Sequence record: HE978309
Strand: one strand, 5' to 3'
Source: Enterobacteria phage GEC-3S
DNA length: 64,000 nucleotides
The notes beneath the pieces were generated by a model, which had not been told where the DNA came from, made no database searches, and saw only the letters and a list, made by a program, of their open reading frames with translations. Positions 8,776-18,371 of this stretch are shown one piece after another (positions within the stretch are counted from its first letter, which is position 1; the number at the start of each line of letters is the position of its first letter). The position numbers and the translations under genes are program-made.

Positions 8776-10505
8776 ATGACGCATTAACATCATTTCGCGG
8801 GATGCGCAAGGAAGCGGAAGAAAACCCGATTGATAAACTTAACAAATTAGATAAACTTGATTCTATTGATAATTTGCAAGCCGCTACCGAATTGGTGGCG
8901 GAGACAGTAGAACAAAAATCTAATGAAGTTGTTGGTGCGGTAGAGGATAACACCGCAGCCAATGAATTGACGGCAGAAAATACACAATCTACCGCTGGCA
9001 ATACCAAAAAAACTTATGAAGAATTGCAAAAACTCAATAATTTCTCTTCTCAGATGAATGAGAAATTACGTGGTTTTGGTGTTATGATGGAACGTAGATT
9101 TGGTGTTGTCAGTAAAATGGCTAGCGGTATTGGTGCGATTGAAGAAGCACTGAAAAAACCGGAACAACCGCAAACAATGCCATCACCTCAGCCAGTTTTG
9201 CCTACTGTGCCGGAACAGCCTAATAATGACAACTATCAAGGTCTTCCAAAGAAAAAACCAGATGTTGAGGAACGGAAGAAAAAGAACGCCACAGATAAGC
9301 GTAATGCCGATTCTATGGAAAATCTTCTTAAAGTTGTTCGTGGAGGATTTAAAGAAACCATAGGTATCTCTAATAAGGTCTTAGGGATGTTATTTAAGAT
9401 CACCTTGACCGCTATGGCAGAAGCCGCAAAATGGGGCGCTATTTTGATGGGTATTGTTTTTGCCATTGATACCCTTATGATTCATTTCAGATATTGGAGT
9501 GATTTATTCGAAACAAAATTTGATGAATTTATGGATAAAGCCGGAGAATGGGCTGGACCAATTAGTGATATTCTAACAACTATTCGTCAAGTTCGAGATT
9601 ATTGGTCTAAAGGCGAATATGGAGAGTTAATTAAATCTCTTGTTATGGGTATTGGTGATGCATTCTATAAAACCTTTATCCAACTTGATCGAATTATCAC
9701 TACTGGTATTGCTAAAATTCTTCGCATGATCCCTGGTATGGGTGATTATGCCGATAAGTTAGAATACGGTGCTTTAAAGTCTGCTGTCGCTCAAGGCTAT
9801 ACTCCAAATGAAAGAGAACTCGAATTAATGGATAAGGTCGAGTCTGAACATGAAGAAGACAAATATGGAGAGCGTACTGGTTGGACCGGAAAAGCCCGTG
9901 ATATTGGCGAAGCTATTGGGGATTCTATTAAGGATAAAGTTAACGAAGGTCTTGTTAGTCTGGGCTGGCGAGATCAAAAGGATGTTGACGCAGAGAAACG
10001 ACAAGAAGAATTAAAACGCGGGGAATATAAGTCTGTTTCTGCTGAACAACGATCTGCTAGTCGTAAACTTAGAATTAAAAGCGAGGGCGCGATCAATAAT
10101 ATTAATGAAGTTATGGAGAATTTGAGCGGTGACTATGACAAAGAAAGAATGGGAGAGTTGAAAAAGGATATTGATGTTTACCGTGAGCAAGTTCAAGATC
10201 CTACATTAGTTGAAAGTGATCGTTCTCAGTTAGAGCGTCTTATTGAAAAATTTGATGAGATGTATGCTGATAAAACTAAGGGTGCGGTTCCAACTAATCC
10301 TGTTCCTGCAACTGAAACGGAAACAGCAAAACAAGCGGAACGTACTGAACAAATGCAGAAACAAGCTGCAATCCAGCAACAAACGACAAATCAGACCTCA
10401 AACGTAAATAATACACAAATTGTAACAAACAATAGAACTGTTAAACAGGGTGCACCAACAACTAGAATTGATGCCCCCGGTACAATTAATATGGGGAACT
10501 TTTAA
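8772..10505 (+). CDS. 29: gp29 baseplate hub / tail-length determinant
   Basis: 577 aa, synteny, size close to T4 gp29 (590 aa). Confidence 0.8.
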   Translation: MNDALTSFRGMRKEAEENPIDKLNKLDKLDSIDNLQAATELVAETVEQKSNEVVGAVEDNTAANELTAENTQSTAGNTKKTYEELQKLNNFSSQMNEKLRGFGVMMERRFGVVSKMASGIGAIEEALKKPEQPQTMPSPQPVLPTVPEQPNNDNYQGLPKKKPDVEERKKKNATDKRNADSMENLLKVVRGGFKETIGISNKVLGMLFKITLTAMAEAAKWGAILMGIVFAIDTLMIHFRYWSDLFETKFDEFMDKAGEWAGPISDILTTIRQVRDYWSKGEYGELIKSLVMGIGDAFYKTFIQLDRIITTGIAKILRMIPGMGDYADKLEYGALKSAVAQGYTPNERELELMDKVESEHEEDKYGERTGWTGKARDIGEAIGDSIKDKVNEGLVSLGWRDQKDVDAEKRQEELKRGEYKSVSAEQRSASRKLRIKSEGAINNINEVMENLSGDYDKERMGELKKDIDVYREQVQDPTLVESDRSQLERLIEKFDEMYADKTKGAVPTNPVPATETETAKQAERTEQMQKQAAIQQQTTNQTSNVNNTQIVTNNRTVKQGAPTTRIDAPGTINMGNF

Positions 10506-11563
10506 TGAAAATTAGTGTTATCAATGATGCCGTTGATAGCTTTAAAGCGGGGGTTAAAACCTCCGCTGGTTTTACCTCAAAAAATAAAGGAAAAACATTA
10601 ACCGCTCAATTCCCCGCTGAACGTGCTAGCGGTAATGATGCTAGCGGTTATTATATCAACGACTTATATAATAATGGTCTGTTATTCACTGCATACGATT
10701 ATACATCTCGTACTACTGGATCGTTGCGTGATTTCAGGAAAAAGAAAAATGTTGCTAGCGGTTTTGGCGGTAGCGTTAATATCGCTGGTTTTGATTTAAA
10801 TTTGGGAGGGAGAAATGCTGCATTTGACCGCGAGGCAATTGCTAATATTCTTCTTCCTCGTAGTCAATCTGACGTTGACGCTGCTAGCCATAAGTTTAAT
10901 GATGTTGGTGAATCTGTCATTTCTCGCGGCGGTGGTACTTTAGGCGGTGCTCTTTCTAATATGGCATCTACTGCCGTTTTTGGTGGTATCGAAAGTATTA
11001 CTGGTGGATACCTTGCCGATCACGGTGAACAGATTTATAATACTGCGCGAAGCATGTATGCGGGTGCTGACGCACGAACTAAAAACTACGTATGGCATTT
11101 AACCCCACGTAGTATTGAAGACCTTCGCAATATTCTGATCATATACGAAACGTTTTTAGAATTGTCTTATGGATCTAGTGGTATTTCCAGCACCGCAAAA
11201 GAATTAAAAGCGGAAGTTGATGCGTGGTATAAAAATACACTATTGAGAAAATCCACCCCAGAGGAAGCGAAGAGAAATGATACTCTGTTTGAAGGGATCA
11301 CCGATTTTCTATCAAACGCAATTACTGTATCTAACCCGACAATATGGATGATCTCTAACTTCGGTAAGCGTACATCGTTTGAAGGGCGTAGCGATGCATT
11401 TGGTCCCGCTCAGATCTCAAGTGTACGTCTGGACAAGTCGCCGGATGGTAAGTTTAATGGCCTTGCTATTTCTCCTAACTTGCCGAGTACCTTTGTTCTG
11501 GAAGTATCATTTAGAGAGATCTTGACACTTTCCCGTGGTACTATATTTGGGAGTGCGGTATAA
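10505..11563 (+). CDS. 48: gp48 baseplate tail-tube cap
   Basis: 352 aa, synteny. Confidence 0.8.
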   Translation: MKISVINDAVDSFKAGVKTSAGFTSKNKGKTLTAQFPAERASGNDASGYYINDLYNNGLLFTAYDYTSRTTGSLRDFRKKKNVASGFGGSVNIAGFDLNLGGRNAAFDREAIANILLPRSQSDVDAASHKFNDVGESVISRGGGTLGGALSNMASTAVFGGIESITGGYLADHGEQIYNTARSMYAGADARTKNYVWHLTPRSIEDLRNILIIYETFLELSYGSSGISSTAKELKAEVDAWYKNTLLRKSTPEEAKRNDTLFEGITDFLSNAITVSNPTIWMISNFGKRTSFEGRSDAFGPAQISSVRLDKSPDGKFNGLAISPNLPSTFVLEVSFREILTLSRGTIFGSAV

Positions 11564-12495
11564 TGTTTGATTTAAATGATTTTAACGAACAAGCCGCTAA
11601 CCTTGACTTTCAGCGATCCAACTTATTCAGCGTGGCATTTGCCACCACTCCAAGTAATAAGACACAAGCGATCCTAGAAAGTATGGGCGGTGCGGTATAT
11701 GATATTATACCAAATGCATTAAATGACTATTTCGGGATTACTCGTGGTGATTATACTGACGCATTAACAAATCTTGCTGTACAGGGTGTTAGGCGTGCTG
11801 TTGATTCATCCGGTGTCAAAAAGTATCTTTTAGGTGCAATGTCATCCCGCGTAGTTCAATCTCTTCTGGGGCAATTTGATGTTGGTACATATGCGCTTGA
11901 CTGGTTCAATATGGCATATAAGACAAGCGGTCTTCTGGTGTATGCTGTTAAGGTTCCAGAAAACAGATTGAATTATGAAATGGACCGTAACCACAATGCG
12001 CCAAACATTCGAATTACCGGACGTGATTTTGATCCGCTTGTGTTGAGCTTTAGAATGGACTCTAGCGCATCAAACTATAGAGCAATGCAGGATTGGGTTA
12101 ACTCAGTAGAAGACCCCGTCACAGGGCTTCGTGCGCTTCCTGTTGACGTTGAAGCGGATATTCAGGTCAACTTACATAACCGAATGGGAGTCCCTCACAC
12201 GATTATGATGTTTAATGGTTGTGTTCCTGTTGGTGTGAGTGCACCGGAATTAACCTATGAAAACAACAACGAAATTACAACATTCGATGTTACTTTCGCA
12301 TATCGTTCTATGCAAACTGGTGCTGTAGGAGAGCAAGCCGCGCGAGAATGGATTGAGGATAAGGCAATAAACGCAATAACAAACACTTTCGGCAATAATT
12401 TACTTGATAGTGGGTTATCTGCTGCTGGTAATGCTTTATCGCGTCTAAATGGCGTTGGTGGGCGTGTGGTGAATACTGTCACTAACTGGTTCTGA
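11563..12495 (+). CDS. 54: gp54 baseplate tail-tube initiator
   Basis: 310 aa, synteny. Confidence 0.8.
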   Translation: MFDLNDFNEQAANLDFQRSNLFSVAFATTPSNKTQAILESMGGAVYDIIPNALNDYFGITRGDYTDALTNLAVQGVRRAVDSSGVKKYLLGAMSSRVVQSLLGQFDVGTYALDWFNMAYKTSGLLVYAVKVPENRLNYEMDRNHNAPNIRITGRDFDPLVLSFRMDSSASNYRAMQDWVNSVEDPVTGLRALPVDVEADIQVNLHNRMGVPHTIMMFNGCVPVGVSAPELTYENNNEITTFDVTFAYRSMQTGAVGEQAAREWIEDKAINAITNTFGNNLLDSGLSAAGNALSRLNGVGGRVVNTVTNWF

Positions 12496-12504
12496 TAAGC
12501 GAAA

Positions 12505-12533
12505 GGCGGGGATTATCCCCGCCTTTTTATTTT
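12505..12533 (+). terminator. rho-independent terminator after gene 54
   Basis: hairpin GGCGGGGAT-TATCCCCGCC followed by TTTTTATTTT. Confidence 0.6.
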
Positions 12534-13012
12534 GCTAAATCATTGCAATATTTTAGTGCCTTAGTTTGAAATTCTGCGCTGTTAAGTTCTTCATAACGGT
12601 CATAATCACCGTTTAATGCTGCCTTTCTTGCTTCTTGCTCTATCTGCATGTCAGACATGATAATACAGCGATCCCGTGCTTTCATCTTCTCAAGTTGTTT
12701 AGACTCTTCTTTCTGCTTGCGCAATTCTTCTTGACGCTTCTTTTCTTCTTGTTCTTTCTCTTCCCGCGCTTCTTTGATTGCATCCTTGAACATCTGCGTT
12801 TGTGGTGCTAAACCAACTTTAACGCGATCCACGTCTCGACGTTCCATTTTAGAAATAAAGCATGATTCGATCTGGTCATCACTTGCATATGCTGCTTTAC
12901 ATTCACGAAGCAAGAAAACCGGATCTGATTTAGCATTCATCATAGCTTCCATGTTGGTACAACCAGTAAGCATGAATGCAGCCGCAAGACCAATCAGTTT
13001 AATCATTTTCAT
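12527..13012 (-). CDS. phage lipoprotein with coiled-coil region
   Basis: 161 aa; signal peptide ending in lipobox LTGC; Lys/Glu-rich repeat region. Confidence 0.6.
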   Translation of the reverse strand: MKMIKLIGLAAAFMLTGCTNMEAMMNAKSDPVFLLRECKAAYASDDQIESCFISKMERRDVDRVKVGLAPQTQMFKDAIKEAREEKEQEEKKRQEELRKQKEESKQLEKMKARDRCIIMSDMQIEQEARKAALNGDYDRYEELNSAEFQTKALKYCNDLAK

Positions 13013-13833
13013 TTAGTCACCTCACCGAAAATTGTAAATTGTCTACGATTCTCATCGCCGAAAGATTCTACTACGTCGTTTACCTTGACGCAAGTCCCGC
13101 GCGGTAAAATTACTTCACATTCGCAAGGGTTCCATGCAATTGATCCAACAACAAAACCTTTATGATCTTTTACGTCAATTACCCATGATACATTACAAGA
13201 ATGTTGCATCTTTCCGGTCATGGATTCATATCGATTCTCACAATAAAGGCTAGTGCTATTTGAAAGCCAGCCTCCAAAGATGATTGGTGTCATGCTGGTC
13301 GATACAAAGTTTTTAAAGGTAAACTCCTTATCTTCAATAATACGCTCTATTGTCTGAATGTCAAGATGTTGACCGCGATAAAGAGTACCGTTTAACTTTT
13401 CGGTTTTATCCATGACACAATCCATCAAATCAACAATCTCTGATATCTCATCGGTCATGTCTTCTTCCCCTAAGAGAGCACCATTTACCCATTCGTATTG
13501 TTCAGACACATAATCACAGATTGCATTATATTCTGCTGGGGTTATGTTGTTATGTTTGTAATGTTTGAATACATTATCTCCAAAGTCTTCGGAGTGTACT
13601 TCATACATCACATTAATGATTTTCTTGACAAATCCATAATCTTGTGTCTCGCGCTCAAGGAAGCGGATAACCTTCACATAATCATCAAAGTTAATCTGAT
13701 CGCTGATCATCTCAGTGATCATGTAACCATTAATCCCCTCAATGTCATATGTTTCGATGTAATTATCCATACGTTCCATCATTGATTCGCGTGATTCTTC
13801 TGAAAGACGAAAATCCTGTAATTTCTTGAACAT
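13009..13833 (-). CDS. ADP-ribosyltransferase, short Alt/Mod-like paralog
   Basis: 274 aa; R (LYRG), STS (FVSTSM) and ExE (CECEV) ART motifs aligned with the Alt C-terminus. Confidence 0.7.
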   Translation of the reverse strand: MFKKLQDFRLSEESRESMMERMDNYIETYDIEGINGYMITEMISDQINFDDYVKVIRFLERETQDYGFVKKIINVMYEVHSEDFGDNVFKHYKHNNITPAEYNAICDYVSEQYEWVNGALLGEEDMTDEISEIVDLMDCVMDKTEKLNGTLYRGQHLDIQTIERIIEDKEFTFKNFVSTSMTPIIFGGWLSNSTSLYCENRYESMTGKMQHSCNVSWVIDVKDHKGFVVGSIAWNPCECEVILPRGTCVKVNDVVESFGDENRRQFTIFGEVTK

Positions 13834-13862
13834 TTTAAACCTCCCATATAACAGAAAACGGG

Positions 13863-13904
13863 GCTAGTATAAAACTAGTCCCCGTTTGAGTCAACCATTA
13901 TTTC
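13863..13904 (-). promoter_or_regulatory. terminator-promoter cassette between alt and the alt-like gene
   Basis: minus strand TTGACT, 17-nt spacer, TATACT; 11-bp stem-loop spanning spacer and -10. Confidence 0.4.
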
Positions 13905-13911
13905 TTAAAAA

Positions 13912-15963
13912 TTACATTTTAAATTTATCTGGCATTGCGTCTACAGATACCAGATCAGCGATAAGCTGACGTAGAGTTGCCTTATCTGCTTTCTTACGTT
14001 CGGTTTTAGCTTCGCTAATGAAGCTGGAGAAAGACAGGTCAGAAGCAGGTTTAACAACACCCTCACGGATGAATGCATCACCGTCCGCGATCATCTCGCC
14101 AGATTCTTGTAATGCTGCCAGTTCACTTTTGTTCATAATATGTGCCTCAATGTAATAAGTTTCTTGTGAATCCGTAGATGCCGTAGCACGAGTTACCGTA
14201 TCAAAGGATAACACAACACCGCGAGGAAGTAAAATCTCGCATTCTTTGTAAGCAAATGCTTTGTTACCTACTGGCAATACAGGGATGTTTTCCGCGCCAG
14301 CAATGGAGAAAGCAACATTAGCGCCACCTTCACCGCGAGATCCAGCCATAGAATCTACCCCAGCAACGGCACTAGCCACGTTTGCATTCCAGCCGCCAAA
14401 AATGTTAGGTGCAAGGGAAGTGCTCACGTAGTTTTTAAAGTAAAACGCTTTTTGCTTACGTGCAGTTTCCCACATTTGAGACCGGAAGTCCATACCACGA
14501 TACAGAATAGTACCCGGATCAAGTTTAACGCCATAGTTAGAGAAGGCATTATCCAGTGCATCGCACATCTTGACCAATTCTTCTGGATCTGCGATTCCCT
14601 CAAACTCTTCCAGCTTGCGATCAGTTAGGAAGTTGTTCATATTGATGTATGCTGCATCGGCATATTCGCTCAACACAAAACCTTCCGCGCCCGGCAGATC
14701 AAGATCAATATCTGCCATCATTTCACCCATGTTGCTAGCAATTGCTTCAAACATACCGGAAGCAACATTACGAAGGGCATCGGTTTTAATCTGGGTGATA
14801 TGACTACGCAGCATTTCAGCTTTTACATCTGCTGGCATAGACTGGTCTACTCGATCCATTGCCAGGGCGGTGATCTTGTTTTCGAATACTTCCTCGCTCA
14901 TGATTTCTTTTAAGCGTTTGATTGATGCTGCGATAACTTCCGCAGACAACGGATCATATTGATCCTGAACTTTTACCAGTTCGCTTACTGCGTATTTTGC
15001 ATCGGCTTCGCTTTCAAAAATAGTACGCATGAAACCATAGCGAGTGATAATATCACTTGTCCAGTCATTCAGAGAACGGGCGGTTGAACGTTCTAAGGCT
15101 TGACGGTCAATCAGAGTATTAAACTGTTTCTTAGGTTCTGCTTCGGTGATATCTTCTTCCGGTTTAAGATTAATTTTTTCTGGATGATTCACATAGTCGC
15201 TGTTATAGGTCGCTTGAGTTTTCAGCATTTCTTCTTTAGTCAAACGAGATTTAGCCGCTACGCGTTGTTCTGCTTCCGCGTTTCGTTCTTCTTCTGACAC
15301 AAGACTAGCCGCATATGCCTCATCTTTAGTCAGAGATTCACCAGTAGCCTTAGATACCCAGCGATCACCTAAATCACTTTCTACTTTAGTGAACAAGGAT
15401 TCATCAAGTTTAATCCCTTTAATCTTATCAATCGCCATCCCGCGACGCTTGACAACAACTAAAGCGATCTTTTTGCTGGTCATTACTTCCTGCTGGAATA
15501 CTTCAAACTTCGGTGTACGACGCACCAAACGCTCTATAACGCGCTTAACCAGTTCGGTCTTACCTTTCATGCGGGATACGTTAAAACGGAACATAACAGC
15601 GTCTAATTGCGCTTTACGGGCTGTTTCCATAACCACATCAAACGCACTTGCCATAACTGCAATCGGGTTATCGCCTAGACCATTTTTAAGCTGTACAATA
15701 CGACCGCTTTTGTTCATTTCGCACAGTACAACATGTGCGGTCTTGTCGCCCATACGAATGATTTTAGGTGTTTTGTTGGTGAAGTTACAAAGACGGACAA
15801 TCACATCTTTATCGCGTGTCTGTACTGCAAAAAGCTGTTTAGGATTCTGCTTAGGCTTTAAGCACTGTACCGGAGCAATACTGCCAAAGTTTTCTTCCTC
15901 TTCCGTCAACAGCCATTTCTCGAAAGATTCAATCATTAGATCGTCGATTTCTAAGTTAAACAT
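13912..15963 (-). CDS. alt: Alt ADP-ribosyltransferase
   Basis: 683 aa (T4 Alt is 682 aa by my recollection); ART motifs ILYRG, YVSTSL, KECEIL; position after gene 54. Confidence 0.85.
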   Translation of the reverse strand: MFNLEIDDLMIESFEKWLLTEEEENFGSIAPVQCLKPKQNPKQLFAVQTRDKDVIVRLCNFTNKTPKIIRMGDKTAHVVLCEMNKSGRIVQLKNGLGDNPIAVMASAFDVVMETARKAQLDAVMFRFNVSRMKGKTELVKRVIERLVRRTPKFEVFQQEVMTSKKIALVVVKRRGMAIDKIKGIKLDESLFTKVESDLGDRWVSKATGESLTKDEAYAASLVSEEERNAEAEQRVAAKSRLTKEEMLKTQATYNSDYVNHPEKINLKPEEDITEAEPKKQFNTLIDRQALERSTARSLNDWTSDIITRYGFMRTIFESEADAKYAVSELVKVQDQYDPLSAEVIAASIKRLKEIMSEEVFENKITALAMDRVDQSMPADVKAEMLRSHITQIKTDALRNVASGMFEAIASNMGEMMADIDLDLPGAEGFVLSEYADAAYINMNNFLTDRKLEEFEGIADPEELVKMCDALDNAFSNYGVKLDPGTILYRGMDFRSQMWETARKQKAFYFKNYVSTSLAPNIFGGWNANVASAVAGVDSMAGSRGEGGANVAFSIAGAENIPVLPVGNKAFAYKECEILLPRGVVLSFDTVTRATASTDSQETYYIEAHIMNKSELAALQESGEMIADGDAFIREGVVKPASDLSFSSFISEAKTERKKADKATLRQLIADLVSVDAMPDKFKM

Positions 15964-16004
15964 TTTATATCCTCTAGTTGATAACCTATAAACCTATATT
16001 TATG

Positions 16005-16030
16005 AAAAAGGGGCTTAACGCCCCCTTTTA
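16005..16030 (-). terminator. rho-independent terminator
   Basis: hairpin GGGGC-GTTAAG-GCCCC(U) then U-run on minus strand. Confidence 0.45.
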
Positions 16031-16243
16031 TTATAATGCACCATCGAGCAATTGCTCTAAGGTGTATCCTGAATAGTCTTTTTCAATCAGGGTATATTTT
16101 CCTACTCGTTTAATACAACCGCGCATTTCCACGTATTCTGTGTAGTTGATGGTACGAGTTGTTCCATCTTCCAGTAATGCAGTACCGATTTCGTTAATGC
16201 GGTCATAAGTTACGTCGGTAATGATGATTTCGATGTTAGCCAT
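16031..16243 (-). CDS. hypothetical early protein (70 aa)
   Basis: ORF track; GGAGTATCAA RBS; promoter cassette upstream. Confidence 0.5.
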   Translation of the reverse strand: MANIEIIITDVTYDRINEIGTALLEDGTTRTINYTEYVEMRGCIKRVGKYTLIEKDYSGYTLEQLLDGAL

Positions 16244-16277
16244 TTGATACTCCTTAGTAGTTCGTTTCGGTATGGGT

Positions 16278-16318
16278 GTATTATGATATACACCCTCTGT
16301 TATGTCAACAACTTTTTA
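16278..16318 (-). promoter_or_regulatory. early promoter cassette (PeSL-like)
   Basis: minus strand TTGACA, 17 nt, CATAAT; stem-loop GGGTGTAT...ATACACCC. Confidence 0.55.
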
Positions 16319-16495
16319 GAACATTTTTGAAATTAATTTTGCTTTGATTTCGCAGAGAACACCTAAAGATTTCTCGTCACCCGCTTTTGCTGCTTCTGAT
16401 TGCATTTTTGAAATGGCTTCAATGTCAGTGCAATTATAAGCCGCTTGAACTTTAGCGATTGCGATGATTGCCGATTCGATGGTTAAGTGTTTCAT
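16316..16495 (-). CDS. hypothetical small protein (59 aa)
   Basis: sub-60-aa ORF MKHLTIESAIIAIAK...; GGAGAATCAAAC RBS; own promoter cassette. Confidence 0.45.
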   Translation of the reverse strand: MKHLTIESAIIAIAKVQAAYNCTDIEAISKMQSEAAKAGDEKSLGVLCEIKAKLISKMF

Positions 16496-16524
16496 GTTTG
16501 ATTCTCCTTTCGTTTCGGTATGTG

Positions 16525-16566
16525 TGCATTATAGGGGATCACCGATCCCCTGTCAACAACTTTTTA
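16525..16566 (-). promoter_or_regulatory. early promoter cassette (PeSL-like)
   Basis: TTGACA, spacer GGGGATCGGTGATCCCC (17-nt palindrome), TATAAT. Confidence 0.6.
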
Positions 16567-17082
16567 GTTATTTTTTAATTGCTCATCTTGCAATAGGGAA
16601 ATCACATGCTGGCGATGTTCTTCCGATTGAGGAACACCGAAAAAGTTTGTTTTGTAGAAATACTCTAATCGGTCTTCTCGTGTGCTCTCTTCCATCATGA
16701 TCGCGGGTAGTCCGAGATTTCGGAAACGTCGCTTTTCTGCTGGCGTAAAATCACTGTAATACAACATAGAATCATCATTACCCGCAATGCTAAATTCATC
16801 CTTCATAAAGGAGAATATTGCGTTTAAACGCTGTTTACCGTCCACGATTTCGATCTCATAGCGAGATCCATCATCAATCTTAGCCATTGCGATAGCACCA
16901 ACCGGAAAATCATTAATCAGGTTTTCGATAAACATACGTTTGTTTTCGGTGTCCCATACCAAAGGACGCTGATAATCTGGGTTCATGTTGATATAGCCAT
17001 CTTCTAACCACGCCTCATAAACAGAGATGACAAAGTTTTTAGTATTGGTATAGTAACGGCGTTTAGGCGTTAAACGGTTCAT
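16564..17082 (-). CDS. DUF262 (ParB/GmrS N-terminal-like) domain protein
   Basis: ORF track 16564..17118; start ATG coupled to upstream stop (TAACATG) with AGGAGA RBS; motifs PDYQRPLVWD and IVDGKQRL. Confidence 0.6.
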   Translation of the reverse strand: MNRLTPKRRYYTNTKNFVISVYEAWLEDGYINMNPDYQRPLVWDTENKRMFIENLINDFPVGAIAMAKIDDGSRYEIEIVDGKQRLNAIFSFMKDEFSIAGNDDSMLYYSDFTPAEKRRFRNLGLPAIMMEESTREDRLEYFYKTNFFGVPQSEEHRQHVISLLQDEQLKNN

Positions 17083-17083
17083 G

Positions 17084-17416
17084 TTATAGTCTCCTGAATG
17101 GATCATCACGTAAATCAATATCTTTTAAGAACTCATCCCATGAATGGCGGATATTGTTCTTAATTCTCCAGATAAGCGCAGGGATTGAACGCTCTCCCAT
17201 CTGGAAGTAGGGATCATATGATCCGTATGCCCAATATGCTACTACAATTCCACAATCAGCGCAATAGTATTCTATTTCACTTGCTGGCGACCAAATTCCA
17301 TCAATATGATCGGTGATCCTGCTTTCGATGTTATGGCTATGGCAATCAGGGCAACGGATGCAATGACCTTGTTTATCGTAATTTGACGTTAGCGAATACT
17401 TAAACAATCTCATCAT
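17084..17416 (-). CDS. zinc-ribbon protein (two CxxC pairs)
   Basis: 110 aa; CIRCPDC...CADCG. Confidence 0.5.
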   Translation of the reverse strand: MMRLFKYSLTSNYDKQGHCIRCPDCHSHNIESRITDHIDGIWSPASEIEYYCADCGIVVAYWAYGSYDPYFQMGERSIPALIWRIKNNIRHSWDEFLKDIDLRDDPFRRL

Positions 17417-18129
17417 AGATCCTTATTGGCTTCAAATACTGCCTTTGCGAATCCTCGCGGGGTAAGTGACCTGATAGTCTTTGTTCTGGTTCCTTTCCCG
17501 CCTAGCTTAGAATGCTGTTTACTGTACCCTTTATTAATATGCAACGGTTTCTTTTCTGGCATTATAAAGCCTTGTCCGGTCCATAAGCAAGTCTTTTTCG
17601 GGTACATATCACGGGCGGCGATATACTCAGGAAACGTAGGATGTTTATCATCTTCCGGCAAATAACCGCCATATTCCCACGGATGGAACATGTAATCAGG
17701 CTTACGCCACATACTAGAGATAACGCTTACAGGATTCTCTATCATGTAGGGAACTCCTAGCCATTCACCCAAATAAGCGGTTATTTTAGCTGCCCGTACA
17801 TCATGAACTTGAATCAACGGTCCTTGTTCTCGTTTCTTTCGTTCAAAGTGTGCAGCGCCACTAACAGCTAAATTGGTACACGGTGGGAATGCAAAGATAA
17901 TATCCGGTTTCCCCCATTCAAGGTCCATTGCTCTTTCCAGCCAGTTCAAATCAATCCAGGTGTTTACATAGGTAATGTTTGGATGTTCAAATCTGGTATT
18001 ATACTTTTTGTATGTACCGTGGTCGGCGTCATCCGCATTAAAGCAGACTACCTTATGACCTGCTTTAGCCCATTCTAGACCCATTATCCCCGATCCATCA
18101 AAGTTGCAGAATATTAATTTTTGTTTCAT
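17413..18129 (-). CDS. C5-cytosine methyltransferase-like SAM-dependent enzyme (compact, no obvious target-recognition domain)
   Basis: 238 aa; motif I-like FCNFDGSGIMG, PC motif FPPCTNLAVSG, ENV-like MIENPVS, C-terminal RSLTPRGFAKAV. Confidence 0.5.
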   Translation of the reverse strand: MKQKLIFCNFDGSGIMGLEWAKAGHKVVCFNADDADHGTYKKYNTRFEHPNITYVNTWIDLNWLERAMDLEWGKPDIIFAFPPCTNLAVSGAAHFERKKREQGPLIQVHDVRAAKITAYLGEWLGVPYMIENPVSVISSMWRKPDYMFHPWEYGGYLPEDDKHPTFPEYIAARDMYPKKTCLWTGQGFIMPEKKPLHINKGYSKQHSKLGGKGTRTKTIRSLTPRGFAKAVFEANKDL

Positions 18130-18371
18130 ATACGACCCTTTAACCCAGCACAGATTTTAGTCGGTTCTTTACCGTGCCACATTAAGTAAAGTCCGTTAAT
18201 GCGACCTTGTTTTGTGTGTGATTCTTTTCTGATCTTCTTATAGTGTCGTGCTTCCTCAACTGATTGTTTAGAATACCAATCATAAAGGAAGAGGCACAAA
18301 GGCCAACCATTAGCGGCCTTAATGCAGTTATTAAGAAATTCCTTATTGCGTTTAATTAATTTTCTTTTCAC
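18126..18371 (-). CDS. hypothetical early protein (81 aa)
   Basis: ORF track; overlapping start/stop with neighbours. Confidence 0.5.
   Translation of the reverse strand: MKRKLIKRNKEFLNNCIKAANGWPLCLFLYDWYSKQSVEEARHYKKIRKESHTKQGRINGLYLMWHGKEPTKICAGLKGRI

Noticed and set aside
16564-17118. ORF-track start codons at the first in-frame Met for several minus-strand genes (for example 16564..17118, 21979..22212, 39155..39517, 39532..40755, 59421..59783)
   Set aside because: The first start lies inside or upstream of the promoter -10, or lacks an RBS, while an internal ATG has a strong GGAG-type RBS or stop-start coupling; the internal starts were used
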